The notes beneath the pieces are model-generated. The model made no database searches. It was not told the DNA's origin and worked only from the letters and a program-made list of their open reading frames with translations. Below are positions 19,779 to 29,736 of a stretch of DNA of 64,000 nucleotides, one piece after another. Position numbers and translations under genes: made by a program. Numbering within the stretch: position 1 is the first letter of the stretch; each line of letters opens with the position of its first letter. This DNA is from a candidate division FCPU426 bacterium (GTDB lineage Bacteria > Oederibacteriota > Muellerivitia > Muellerivitales > Muellerivitaceae), in assembly GCA_963847625.1 (NCBI GenBank), contig CAWKAR010000003.1, positions 96,001 through 160,000 of the forward strand, written 5' to 3'.

Positions 19779-20441
19779 TTACGCTTTGTCCGGAACGGAT
19801 GGCTTTGACGGCAACTTTATTTCATAAAAATGATCGCAGGCCGGGCATCGAATGACCTTCATGTCGGACGGCAGGTGAACATCGTAAGCCGCCGCGCAAT
19901 GGGAACAGGCGGTTTTTAACCCAGTCGGTCGAGAGGTGGAATAATCAAATAGGGCCATGCCCGTCGCGTCGTTGAAATAGGAACCGACCGCCGCCGAAGA
20001 CAGGAGTTCCATCTGGGCCTCAGGCAAGGCAGCCGACGCCGCCTTGTCGCTCTCATACCCCTCGGCGATCTTCACAACATAATCCATCCAGGCGTTGGTG
20101 ATGTAAAAAGTCACATAGTGTTTTAAACCGGGTATTCGGAGTGAAATCCGCTTTAAGTCCTCGCAATGTTCGAAAACCCAAACATCCTTGTCCTTTACAA
20201 TACCGGGTTCCTCCCAAAACCGGGCCCGAGGATCGGATGGCGGTGGAAGGTCCCGGCATAAAATCAAAAATAAGGCGTCGGAAACCCGAAGTTGCTTCTG
20301 AAAGTCCTCAAAAGCAGCCCTGCCGTCGATTTGCTCGTAGTACTTCCAAACCGTCCCGACCCTGACCGTAAAGAACACCTTCTCAAAAAACGGCTTGAAC
20401 CGTTGGTCCGAGAGGCTGTCAACAATAAGGATTTGACGCAT
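19779..20441 (-). CDS. Hypothetical protein with C-terminal zinc ribbon
   Basis: CSHC...CPAC. Confidence 0.6.
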   Translation of the reverse strand: MRQILIVDSLSDQRFKPFFEKVFFTVRVGTVWKYYEQIDGRAAFEDFQKQLRVSDALFLILCRDLPPPSDPRARFWEEPGIVKDKDVWVFEHCEDLKRISLRIPGLKHYVTFYITNAWMDYVVKIAEGYESDKAASAALPEAQMELLSSAAVGSYFNDATGMALFDYSTSRPTGLKTACSHCAAAYDVHLPSDMKVIRCPACDHFYEIKLPSKPSVPDKA

Positions 20442-20507
20442 GGTAAACCATTCCTTTTTCCAGTTACTGACTTATTTTTTGAAACCTATAAAACGGTCCC
20501 AGTTCCC

Positions 20508-20771
20508 TTAATCTTCGGCGATCAGGACAAACTCGGTCCTTGGTGCATGGCAGGAAGGGCAAGAATCTGAAAACTTTCCACCCCTCGGCATGAGTTCGCC
20601 GCATTGCAAACATTTCCAAAGGATTTCGGTTTGACCGGTCAGGGCGTCGTAATGGTATTCCCCTGCCGGAGCAGGGGGGGTATGCGATGGGGTGCTGGCA
20701 TGTGGAATTTTCCTTTTTTGGGGTGACATTGTAACAGACTCCTGGGCCCTAACCGGTCGTATTTTTCCCAT
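20508..20771 (-). CDS. Small rubredoxin-like/zinc-ribbon protein (start uncertain)
   Basis: WKCLQCG...CPSCHAPRTEF. Confidence 0.65.
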   Translation of the reverse strand: MGKIRPVRAQESVTMSPQKRKIPHASTPSHTPPAPAGEYHYDALTGQTEILWKCLQCGELMPRGGKFSDSCPSCHAPRTEFVLIAED

Positions 20772-20899
20772 CCCTATTCAAAATGGAAGCTTTATCCCCG
20801 CTTTTCCCTGTCCCTTCACTTTAACTCCATTTTTTTTAATCCCCGTCGCAGTCTTGTAATAAAGCTAGGTTGTCCCTAAATGAATAGAAAGGGGATGCC

Positions 20900-21328
20900 A
20901 TGGAAACAGAAGTTCATGTCAATCAAAGGTCCGTCACGGCATTGCTGATGTTCGACGGGTTTTGCAACATGTGCGGCAGGATCGCCCGGTTCATTATGCG
21001 CCGGGACAAGCACCAGAAATTCATTTTTATCACCCTTCAATCCGGGAGGGCGAAGGAAATTTTACGGATGAATGGCCTGAACGCCTTGGACATGGGTTCC
21101 TTCGTGCTGGTCCAGGACGGCCGGGCCCGCCTTAAGTCGGACGCGATCCTGGGCGTTTTGGAGGAAATGGGAGGCTGGCTGGACTGGATGCGTGTTTTCA
21201 GGCTGGTCCCCGGCCCGTTCCGGGACTGGGTTTACGACCTCATGGCACGCAACCGTTACCGTCTCTTCGGAAAAAGCAACCAATGCATGAGGCCCAATCC
21301 GGAATTCAAAGACCGGTTTCCGGAATAA
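20900..21328 (+). CDS. DCC1-like thiol-disulfide oxidoreductase
   Basis: FDGFCNMC, RDWVYDLMARNRYRLFGK. Confidence 0.9.
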   Translation: METEVHVNQRSVTALLMFDGFCNMCGRIARFIMRRDKHQKFIFITLQSGRAKEILRMNGLNALDMGSFVLVQDGRARLKSDAILGVLEEMGGWLDWMRVFRLVPGPFRDWVYDLMARNRYRLFGKSNQCMRPNPEFKDRFPE

Positions 21329-21389
21329 GGTTCGGAGGTTTGTCGCTTCAAAGGGGCTTTTGGAAAATCCCAGGACCGTGTTCTTCCCT

Positions 21390-22004
21390 TTATGGATTCA
21401 TGCAACCTTGGGCCTTTGACACGACCAAGCGCAGGGACCGCAAGACCGGCCTGCCGCCGGGTAGTTCGCTGGCCATCTCGTAGCGCGGTACGGTGGGTTC
21501 CACCGCGATCGACCATGCGTCGATGCCTCCGGTCATGGACTTGACGTTCGTGAAACCGTGGCCCGCAAAATAAGCGGCGGCATCCAGGCTTCTCTCCCCC
21601 CGGTGGCAGTAAAAGACAATGGGTGTCTTCTTGGGCCAACCGATGATTTCCCTCGCCAAATCCTCGGTGATGAGTACCGCGCCGGGAATTCTGGCCATTT
21701 CCCACTCCTCGGGGGTCCTCACATCGATCAGACGCGGTGGGTGGAGGCTCATCAGGGCCTTCGCCACGTTTATGGGGCTTTCCTGGATGCGTCCTTCATT
21801 TTTTTCGGCTTCCTTGATGAAGCGGATGACCTCGTCGAGGTCGGACAGACCGCGCTTACTCACCACGTCTTCCAGGATGTCCTGCGGCTCGTAACCGCAG
21901 CTGTGGCATCCGCCGATGTGGTAGCGCCGGAAGAGCGCGCGCTGGACGCTCGGATAGGCCTCCAGGACCTCCTGCATGGTACTTCGTTTCGAAATGGTAG
22001 CCAT
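21390..22004 (-). CDS. Rhodanese-domain protein with N-terminal Cys-containing domain
   Basis: YHIGGCHSCG; LIDVRTPEEW...FYCHRGERS...MTGGIDAWS. Confidence 0.85.
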   Translation of the reverse strand: MATISKRSTMQEVLEAYPSVQRALFRRYHIGGCHSCGYEPQDILEDVVSKRGLSDLDEVIRFIKEAEKNEGRIQESPINVAKALMSLHPPRLIDVRTPEEWEMARIPGAVLITEDLAREIIGWPKKTPIVFYCHRGERSLDAAAYFAGHGFTNVKSMTGGIDAWSIAVEPTVPRYEMASELPGGRPVLRSLRLVVSKAQGCMNP

Positions 22005-22100
22005 TGGTTTCTCCCCTTTTTTACCGCTGAATTCCGTACTAAATCGTTATAAAAAATCTACGCCGGCCCTCCCTCGGAAATCAAGAGGTCATCCACGCGT

Positions 22101-23036
22101 TTATCCCTTCGCCTCCTCGAAAAGCCAGGTGGAAAGGTATCGTTCGCCCGTATCCGGTACGATGACGACAATCGTCTTACCCTTGTTTTCGGGCCGCTTG
22201 GCAACTTGAATCGCCGCCCAAACGGCCGCGCCGCAGGAAATGCCGGCCAGGATTCCTTCCTTACGGGCCAGTTGCCGCGCGATCTCCCCGGCGTTCTCGT
22301 GGCTGACCCGGATGACCTCATCGATGATTTCTCGGTTCAGGATAGCCGGGACAAAACCCGCCCCGAGGCCCTGGATTTTGTGGGGTGCCGGCGCCCCGCC
22401 CGACAAAACAGGTGAGGCGTCGGGTTCCACCGCGATAGCCTTGAAGGAAGGTTTGCGCTTCTTGATAACTTCCGCCACTCCCGTGATAGTGCCGCCGGTT
22501 CCCACCCCGGAGATGAGGATGTCCACCTTGCCGTCGGTGTCCGCCCAAATTTCCTCCGCCGTGGTTTTGCGGTGGATTTCGGGGTTCGCGGGATTGTTGA
22601 ATTGCTGGGGGATGAAGCTGTTGGGGGTTTCTTTGGCCAGTTCCTCGGCCTTCGCGATCGCCCCTTTCATTCCCTTCGGCCCCTCGGTCAAGATCAGTTC
22701 GGCGCCAAAAATCTTAAGGAGCTGGCGTCTCTCCAAACTCATGGTTTCCGGCATGGTGAGGATGAGCTTGTACCCCTTGGCGGCGGCCACGAACGCCAGG
22801 GCTATCCCGGTGTTGCCGCTGGTGGGTTCAATGATGACGGTGTCTTTCTTGAGAACCCCGCGCTTCTCGGCATCCTCGATCATTGCCAGGCCAATCCGGT
22901 CCTTCACGCTGGACAAGGGATTGAAGGATTCCAGCTTGGCCAGTACGGTCGCCACCACCCCTTCGGTAACCCGGTTCAACTGCACCAGGGGAGTGCGGCC
23001 GATTGTCTTGGTTATATCGTCGTATATTTTAGCCAT
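22101..23036 (-). CDS. cysK: Cysteine synthase A
   Basis: [50 protein letters not shown]. Confidence 0.97.
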   Translation of the reverse strand: MAKIYDDITKTIGRTPLVQLNRVTEGVVATVLAKLESFNPLSSVKDRIGLAMIEDAEKRGVLKKDTVIIEPTSGNTGIALAFVAAAKGYKLILTMPETMSLERRQLLKIFGAELILTEGPKGMKGAIAKAEELAKETPNSFIPQQFNNPANPEIHRKTTAEEIWADTDGKVDILISGVGTGGTITGVAEVIKKRKPSFKAIAVEPDASPVLSGGAPAPHKIQGLGAGFVPAILNREIIDEVIRVSHENAGEIARQLARKEGILAGISCGAAVWAAIQVAKRPENKGKTIVVIVPDTGERYLSTWLFEEAKG

Positions 23037-23329
23037 GTTTCACCTCATGCTTTCCCGAGCGCTTGCTCGATGTCGGCGGGGGAACCGGCTAAAGGGATGG
23101 TCCCCGCGAAGTGTCGGTCTCCCGGATTAACTCCCGGGGCCGCTCCCGGGTTTTCCAGTGGACTGGGATACCGGTTATGGTGGGTGGTTAATGGGTCCGG
23201 TTTGTCCGGTCCCGATTAAAGGAACAACCATTGAAACACATAAATAATCTGGTCATAACGCCCCAAATATCAAGGGCCCCCGGAAACGCTTGCTCCGGGC
23301 CGTCCGGAGGGGGTATGGATTTAATTTCC

Positions 23330-24001
23330 TTAACGCTGGACCTTAATGTTAATCATGCCATTCTGAAGGGACCCATATAAACGAACCCACAAAGCCAGGT
23401 ACATTTCGGGACCCCTGGCGGCGGAAATATCCCCTAAATCCAAAATATCCGTCCAACCGAGGGACTTGAGAAGACCGGCGACCTTAGCCTTGGCATCCTT
23501 GTCATTACCTGCCATAAAAATGGTGTGATCCCCATTCTTAACTGATTTCGGATTAACCATAACAGGCGCCGCGATGGTATTGAGAGTCTTGACCACTTTG
23601 AGATTGGGAAAGGCATTTTGAATGTTCTCGGCGACTGAGCGGATTTGACCAGCAAGAACCGCCGGCGGCATGCCCTTGCTGAAATCCAACTCATTCGCCG
23701 TATCAATCAGGACTTTCGCACCGACTTGACTTGCTCCGGCCATTTGAAGAGCTTGTACCGATGCCTGTCCGTGGGTGGCATTGATGAGAATTTCCCCATG
23801 GTTTGCGGCCTCTTGAAAAGTGACTACTTTTGCCTTGTTTTGAATTTTCTCCAGCCACTCTTTTAGGCTTCCGGCCATGTTCTTTTTTTCGTCCAGTTTT
23901 TGAGGGTTTCTCGTTCCCAAAACCACGTCATTTCCCAATTCTACCAACCTGATCCCCAAGGTTTGACCCACTACACCTGATCCAATAATGCCAATTTTCA
24001 T
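23330..24001 (-). CDS. NADP oxidoreductase, F420-dependent family
   Basis: GIIGSGVVG, VLIDTANEL, VVKTLNT, LDLGDISAAR. Confidence 0.85.
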   Translation of the reverse strand: MKIGIIGSGVVGQTLGIRLVELGNDVVLGTRNPQKLDEKKNMAGSLKEWLEKIQNKAKVVTFQEAANHGEILINATHGQASVQALQMAGASQVGAKVLIDTANELDFSKGMPPAVLAGQIRSVAENIQNAFPNLKVVKTLNTIAAPVMVNPKSVKNGDHTIFMAGNDKDAKAKVAGLLKSLGWTDILDLGDISAARGPEMYLALWVRLYGSLQNGMINIKVQR

Positions 24002-24106
24002 ATCATTCCCCTTAACCTTCTTAAACTTTTAATTCAGGGTAATACTATTGATAGGTTTTTATGGAAAGCAAGGCAAGATCTGGGATTTATTTTTTTGGTT
24101 GGAGGA

Positions 24107-24136
24107 TCATCCAATGCGGGTCCCCGTTGTGGACGA
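24107..24136 (+). repeat. Cassette-boundary dyad site B
   Basis: TCATCCAATGC-GGGTCCCC-GTTGTGGACGA. Confidence 0.75.
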
Positions 24137-24209
24137 CGAAATATTTTTGATAAGAATTGCCGGACTTGCCTTTCTGATTGTTCATGGAATTTTGGCGAAA
24201 ACGCGGAGG

Positions 24210-24743
24210 TTAACTTTCTTCATTGGAAAGGTTGGGGGTGTCTTTGATGGAGAAGGTCAAAAGTCGGCAAAGCTGGGTTTTTTCCTTTTCTTCCACCAGC
24301 CGGTCTACCACAGGATAAAGTGTCCGGTTTTCCCTTGCTGAATGCTGTTCCATGTATTTTTTGAATTGGGCTTCATCGTCGAATAAGGCGATGATTTCCT
24401 TCCAATTGGAGTCGCTACGGCTCAAGCGGGAGGCCCGCAGGGTGATCCGGTTGAACCATTCCGTGATTTTTTTGTGTTCCGAAGAAATAACCTCGGTTTC
24501 GTCACCCTGGGATTGATCAACCTTTTGGCGGTAGATGGGCAGCAGAATCTCATCTTCTTCCCTCATGTGATTGAAAAGGGCTTTGCCTAAAGTCTTCAAC
24601 ATTGCCTTGGCTTGGATTAAATCGCTCTTGAGGATAGCCACTTGGTGGTTTTCGAACAATTCATGCATTTCACGGTGGATATTGTTCAAGTCTAAGAGAG
24701 TGCGCGATTGGAATTCCATCATTTTAGGTTTTCCTGAATTCAA
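24210..24743 (-). CDS. Hemerythrin/HHE cation-binding domain protein
   Basis: H...HMREEDEILLP...EHKKI...HSARENRTLYP. Confidence 0.8.
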   Translation of the reverse strand: MNSGKPKMMEFQSRTLLDLNNIHREMHELFENHQVAILKSDLIQAKAMLKTLGKALFNHMREEDEILLPIYRQKVDQSQGDETEVISSEHKKITEWFNRITLRASRLSRSDSNWKEIIALFDDEAQFKKYMEQHSARENRTLYPVVDRLVEEKEKTQLCRLLTFSIKDTPNLSNEES

Positions 24744-24829
24744 TATTTCTTATCGTAGTACCCCACCATGTAAATGATCCGATTGACCGGTTTATCCTAA
24801 ATCGCAGACTAACGGACATGGTGCAATAG

Positions 24830-25969
24830 TCAAAAAGGTTGGCCATCGACCGAACCACAGTATTCGTAGACGCGCACATTCACATTTTTCCCTTTCAACT
24901 GCAGCTCGCCGATATCCCTGAAGTCCCGAGGATTCTTGAGCCGCGAATACGTCGATTCGGTGACCAAGATCGAGCCTGGTTTTGCCATGGTTTGCACGCG
25001 CGCCGCCGTATTCACGGGGTCTCCGATGACCATCACTTCTTTTCGCGTTAAGGAACCCACTTCACCCCGGATTACCATCCCGCTGTTGATGCCGATTCGG
25101 ACAGGGAGGGACTGTTTCCCTTCCTGCAGGCGGTCCTCGTCTATCCGGTGGATGATTTTCTGGATGCGGATGCCCGCTTGGACGGCATCGTTGGCGTCAT
25201 TGAAAACGGCCAGCGCGGCATCCCCCATGAACTTATCGATATCCCCACGGCATTCCCGGATCGGCACCTCGCAAAGACTGAATATTGTGTTTAGCGCCCA
25301 GACCACTTCCGAAGGGGTTTCAGTCTCGACGAACGCCGTGAACCCCACGATGTCCAGGAACAAAATCGTCAGATCAAGAACTTCAGCTTTCGCCTCCCGG
25401 GAGGTCGATGCCTGGGTAAAAGCCTCGCTATAGCTGGCGAAGGAGACGTATCTCTTGATGATCTTGTTGAATTTCTGCAGGAGCAGCCGAAGATCCTCTG
25501 CCTTGGTGATATCCCGAAAGTATTCAATGGCCCCTATTATGCGGCCTTCGTTGTCCTTTAGGGGAGTGACGTGGGTGAGGACCGGGAAACGATGTCCCTT
25601 CTTGTGCAACGGAAAAATCTTTGCTTGAATAGGCTTCTCTTCGTCCATAGAACGCTGGAGGGGACAGGATCCCGTACAAAGAAGATTTCCGTTCACGTCA
25701 ATATGGTTGAGGATATTGTCAGAACAAGGACGACCCAGGACCTCCGCGGCGCTGTATCCCGTGATATTCTCGGCACCCTTATTCCAGAAGATGATCCGCC
25801 TCTGCCGATCCGTGACGTAGATACCGTCGAAAGGGACATCCAGCAGCATCTCGACATTTGGAAGTATCCGGATCATTTCAGCAAAGGAATTCGAGTTTAT
25901 TCCTTCACCGGCTCCCCTAATATTTTCTTCCGCCACTGGACCTCCGTTTGTTTCTAAAATCTTTTGCAA
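24830..25969 (-). CDS. PAS-domain class III adenylate/guanylate cyclase
   Basis: PAS (WNKGAENITGYSAAEVLGRPC); FLDIVGFT, DKFMGDA, RIGINSG, IGDPVNTAARVQ, LKGK. Confidence 0.92.
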   Translation of the reverse strand: MQKILETNGGPVAEENIRGAGEGINSNSFAEMIRILPNVEMLLDVPFDGIYVTDRQRRIIFWNKGAENITGYSAAEVLGRPCSDNILNHIDVNGNLLCTGSCPLQRSMDEEKPIQAKIFPLHKKGHRFPVLTHVTPLKDNEGRIIGAIEYFRDITKAEDLRLLLQKFNKIIKRYVSFASYSEAFTQASTSREAKAEVLDLTILFLDIVGFTAFVETETPSEVVWALNTIFSLCEVPIRECRGDIDKFMGDAALAVFNDANDAVQAGIRIQKIIHRIDEDRLQEGKQSLPVRIGINSGMVIRGEVGSLTRKEVMVIGDPVNTAARVQTMAKPGSILVTESTYSRLKNPRDFRDIGELQLKGKNVNVRVYEYCGSVDGQPF

Positions 25970-26059
25970 CCAACTGCATTACACTACAAAGCTATTAACC
26001 GAAATTTCCCAGATAATCTACTCCATTATAGAAGTAAGTTATGAAAGTAAATCCATCAG

Positions 26060-26089
26060 CTGTCAAATCCGGGTCCCTGCCGTGGACAA
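26060..26089 (+). repeat. Cassette-boundary dyad site C
   Basis: CTGTCAAATCC-GGGTCCCT-GCCGTGGACAA. Confidence 0.75.
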
Positions 26090-26267
26090 ACAAAAACATA
26101 AAACTCTTGTATTTTAGCTCTTTGGTAAAACCGGCGGAAAATCTTCGAAAACCAGGGAAAATTGAAGGGTGATTCTGGGTACATCAAGGGAAGAAAAATA
26201 TATCGCGGCGGGCAAGGCCTGGGAATATACATTTCTTGGTGCGGCTGATTTTAAAATATGGCCTAAT

Positions 26268-28706
26268 TTAATTCTGTGTAATTTTCCGGATTAAATAGTT
26301 CCATGTATCCGCAACATAAACGTTTCCAGCGGAATCCACCGCGACTCCATAAGGATGATTAAACGTTGCGCAGGCACCCATTCCGTTCGTGGAGCCCGTA
26401 ATCCCCGCTGATCCCGCCAGGGTCGTTACCACACCTCCAGTGCCGATCACCTTGATCAAATAGTTGTAAGAATCCGCTACATAAACATTCCCCGATGAAT
26501 CGACCGCGATTCCAAAAGGCCAATTGAAACCCCCCGCCAGGAACGTCACCACCCCCGCCGGGCTGATTTCCAGGACATCGTTGTTATACGTATCGGCGAC
26601 GTATACGTTCCCCGATAAATCGACCGCAACTCCCATGGGACTATTAAAGCCTGCGGCGGACCCCGCCAGAGTTGTCACTACCCCCCCGGAGGTAATTTCC
26701 CGGATCATATTGTTGCCGGTATCCGCGACATAAACGTTCCCCGACGAATCCACCGCGACTCCAGAGGGGCTATTGAATGACGCGGCGGTCCCGGTACCGT
26801 TGGCGGAACCCGCAGACCCTGACCCCGCCAGGGTTGTCACCACACCTCCCGGGCTGATTTCCCGGATCATGTTATTTTGGTTATCGGCGACGTAAACATT
26901 TCCGGAAGAATCGACAGCGACACCACGGGGATGTTTAAAAGACGCGGCGGTCCCTGTTCCGTTGGCGGATCCGAAAGGCAATGACCCCGCCAGGGTTGAT
27001 ACCGCGCCCCCGGGGCTGATTTCCAGGATCAGATAATCCCCGACGTAAATATTCCCGGAGGAATCGACCGCGATTCCCCAGGGTTCACTGAACGATGCCG
27101 GGCCCGCCAGGGTCGTTACCACTCGGCCGGAACATGGGGTGTTGGTGGGGGTATTCGTCGGCGTAAAGGTGATTGTCGGGGTTGGCGAAATCGTAATGGT
27201 AAAAGTCATGGTGGGGCTAAAAGTGGCCGTCACATAGGGCCCGCCGATCGGGCAGCTGTTCAACCAGATACTGGCCTGGGCCACCGCGTAATGGGTGGTG
27301 CATTGGTTCGTAAGGACCGTTGGGCAACTGGTATAAGCGGTGCCTCCGTCGATGGCCCCTAATTTGTAACTTGCGCCTGAGGTGTTGAAATGGGGGTTGC
27401 AGGTTGGGTTACAGCTTGTGGCAAGATATGCAAGCCAATAGCTTTTTCCCCCGCCGGGCAGGTAAGTGGGACTTTGCACGTTGAAAAGATTCACGCCGCT
27501 GGTGGTGGTTTGGATGTTTGTTTGGGCTACCAGGGTACCCGGCTGTGCCGAAGCGTCGTTATAGATGGCCATTTGGACGCTGAATCCGGTGTCCAACATG
27601 TTGATTTCCATGGAGTAAACGGAAAGATCGGGCCCGGTGACAGTAATAGGGACAGCTAGGATGTATTGGGCGGGGAAATTCGAGGAACCATCCGCCGTTG
27701 GAAAACCAAAAACCGAATAATAGGGGCAAAGCGGTGTCAAGGGTGTGGTTGGGGTATTGGTGGGGGTGGAAGTGGCGGTGGAGGTTGCGGTGTTGGTGGG
27801 GGTCCCGGTAAAGGTATTGGTCGGGGTAACTGTAGAAGTGTTTGTGAAGGTGTCCGTCATTGTATTAGTCGGAGAATCCGTAGGGGTGTTCGTGTCCGTC
27901 GCTGTCGGTGTCGCCGTGTCGGTTGGAGTTGGTGAGGGTGTATTCGTAGGAGTGGAAGACGGGGTTTCCGTCGGGGTGTTCGTGTCCGTCGCTGTCGGTG
28001 TCGCCGTGTCGGTTGAAGTTGGTGAGGGTGTATCCGTAGGAGTGGAAGACGGGGTTTCCGTCGGGGTGTTCGTGTCCGTCGCTGTCGGTGTCGCCGTGTC
28101 GATTGGAGTTGGTGAGGGTGTATCCGTAGGAGTGGAAGACGGGGTTTCCGTCGGGGTGTTCGTGTCCGTCGCTGTCGGTGTCGCCGTGTCGATTGGAGTT
28201 GGTGAGGGTGTATCCGTAGGAGTGGTCGTCGCGGTATCCGTCAGGGTGTCGGTAGCGGTATTGGTCCCAGTTTCAGTCGAAGTATTCGTTTCCGTATAAG
28301 AGGGTGTTGAAGTCGTTGAACTAGTGGCTGTCGATGTCACCATATTGGTAAAGGTATCAGTCGTCGTGCCGGTAGTCGTAAGGGTATCCGTCATGGTGGG
28401 GGTGTTGGTATAAGTCACCGTGGAGGTGGAAGAAACTGTGGGAGTAGGAGTTTCCGTGATGGTTGAAATTCGAGTCCATGTATTCGTGGCCATGGGGGTG
28501 CTGGTCGGCGTCACGGTAAAGGGAATGGTGAAAATAGCCGTCAAGGTTGGTGTAGGGGTTGATGTTTGTGCCGGTGTATTGGTCGCGGTGGCTTTATTAA
28601 CCGGTGGGGTAGTTGGGCTGTTTGAATTACTGCACGCGATGGGGAAAATCAATAAAAACGATATAAGCAACAAAGCGAACCTGGGAAAATAAAAATAACG
28701 ACGCAT
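26268..28706 (-). CDS. Lipoprotein with Thr/Pro-rich stalk and C-terminal NHL-repeat beta-propeller
   Basis: Lipobox-like PIAC; long TPT linker; repeated [19 protein letters not shown]. Confidence 0.9.
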   Translation of the reverse strand: MRRYFYFPRFALLLISFLLIFPIACSNSNSPTTPPVNKATATNTPAQTSTPTPTLTAIFTIPFTVTPTSTPMATNTWTRISTITETPTPTVSSTSTVTYTNTPTMTDTLTTTGTTTDTFTNMVTSTATSSTTSTPSYTETNTSTETGTNTATDTLTDTATTTPTDTPSPTPIDTATPTATDTNTPTETPSSTPTDTPSPTPIDTATPTATDTNTPTETPSSTPTDTPSPTSTDTATPTATDTNTPTETPSSTPTNTPSPTPTDTATPTATDTNTPTDSPTNTMTDTFTNTSTVTPTNTFTGTPTNTATSTATSTPTNTPTTPLTPLCPYYSVFGFPTADGSSNFPAQYILAVPITVTGPDLSVYSMEINMLDTGFSVQMAIYNDASAQPGTLVAQTNIQTTTSGVNLFNVQSPTYLPGGGKSYWLAYLATSCNPTCNPHFNTSGASYKLGAIDGGTAYTSCPTVLTNQCTTHYAVAQASIWLNSCPIGGPYVTATFSPTMTFTITISPTPTITFTPTNTPTNTPCSGRVVTTLAGPASFSEPWGIAVDSSGNIYVGDYLILEISPGGAVSTLAGSLPFGSANGTGTAASFKHPRGVAVDSSGNVYVADNQNNMIREISPGGVVTTLAGSGSAGSANGTGTAASFNSPSGVAVDSSGNVYVADTGNNMIREITSGGVVTTLAGSAAGFNSPMGVAVDLSGNVYVADTYNNDVLEISPAGVVTFLAGGFNWPFGIAVDSSGNVYVADSYNYLIKVIGTGGVVTTLAGSAGITGSTNGMGACATFNHPYGVAVDSAGNVYVADTWNYLIRKITQN
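27883..28225. repeat. Intragenic 90-bp tandem repeat (about 3.8 copies; 30-aa Thr/Pro unit)
   Basis: GGGGTGTTCGTGTCCGTCGCTGTCGG... recurs at 27883, 27973, 28063 and 28153. Confidence 0.9.
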
Positions 28707-29024
28707 AGCGGCCTCCCCTTATGCCATTTGTGGATTCTATCCTCGACCCAAATAACTCTCAAGTAGGTTAAGGTAAATTAATCAATGCCGGTTACTTTCT
28801 GTAAGGGGTAAATTGGATAGGAATTTGGGTGTTCGCGGTTAAGTTCGTCTTATCAAAGCCTGGAAAACGAGGGGTTATTTCAAAATTAACGCGGAAAGAA
28901 AAATAATATCCAACAATTCGGCTTCTTGAAATTTTCTATTTTCAAACTGGACCCTTTTACCTCACAGGTGTTTTCTAATGACACTTCCAACAAAATCAAT
29001 ATTTATTCCCTGATCACTTTTAGG

Positions 29025-29054
29025 TTGTCCACAATGGCTCCCCGTCGTGAACAG
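29025..29054 (+). repeat. Cassette-boundary dyad site D
   Basis: TTGTCCACAAT-GGCTCCCC-GTCGTGAACAG. Confidence 0.85.
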
Positions 29055-29127
29055 CATATTTAGGGACAATTATTGAAATGGCATCTTTCCGATATTCTCG
29101 TTTTAAGGTCTATTCAGGGTAAAAAAT

Positions 29128-29649
29128 TTAATATTTACCCCGGTGGACGAGGTCCGACAGCGTTCGCCGTGAAGTCGGTGCCGGTTCTTCATCGGAATAC
29201 CCCAATGGGAGTATGGTCACAGGCCTTATATGGGCTGGAACATCAATGGCCTCACGGACTTTCTCCTCGTTGAAAGCTCCCACCCATACAGTGACTAGAC
29301 CCAATCCCGTCGCGGCAAGCTGGGTGTAGGCCGCGGCAATGGTTGCGTCCTGGACGCTGTACAAATCTTTTCCACGCGCCCCGTACTTGGATCCGCTTCG
29401 TTCCTCGTTTGCGCAAAAAACCAGCGCCAACGGCGCGGGCTTCGCGAACGTCTGGCCCAAAAGGGCTGTCCACAACTGGTTCAGGAGATACGAATCGTCT
29501 ACAACGACTATCTCGTATCCCTGGCTGTCCCCTGCTGAAGGGGCCTGGTTGGCAGCTTCGAGAATTTTATCCAAAATTTCGTTCTCGACTTGTTTTGCCA
29601 GGTAACCCCGAACGGACCGCCTTTTCCAAATGGCTTCAAAAAGTTCCAT
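29128..29649 (-). CDS. Nitroreductase family protein
   Basis: AIWKRRSVRGY, AANQAPSAG, GLGLVTVWVGAF, LPLGY. Confidence 0.92.
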   Translation of the reverse strand: MELFEAIWKRRSVRGYLAKQVENEILDKILEAANQAPSAGDSQGYEIVVVDDSYLLNQLWTALLGQTFAKPAPLALVFCANEERSGSKYGARGKDLYSVQDATIAAAYTQLAATGLGLVTVWVGAFNEEKVREAIDVPAHIRPVTILPLGYSDEEPAPTSRRTLSDLVHRGKY

Positions 29650-29736
29650 GATCCACCCCTTTCCGATCTTCTCCCAATATTCGATTTAATCTTTTATTAA
29701 CTCTACAAAAGTATTCGCCTCTATGGAAAGCCTTAT

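Noticed and set aside
23037..23230. Riboswitch or T-box upstream of cysK
   Set aside because: GC-rich and potentially structured, but I could not match SAM-I or T-box consensus elements by eye. An Rfam search is needed.
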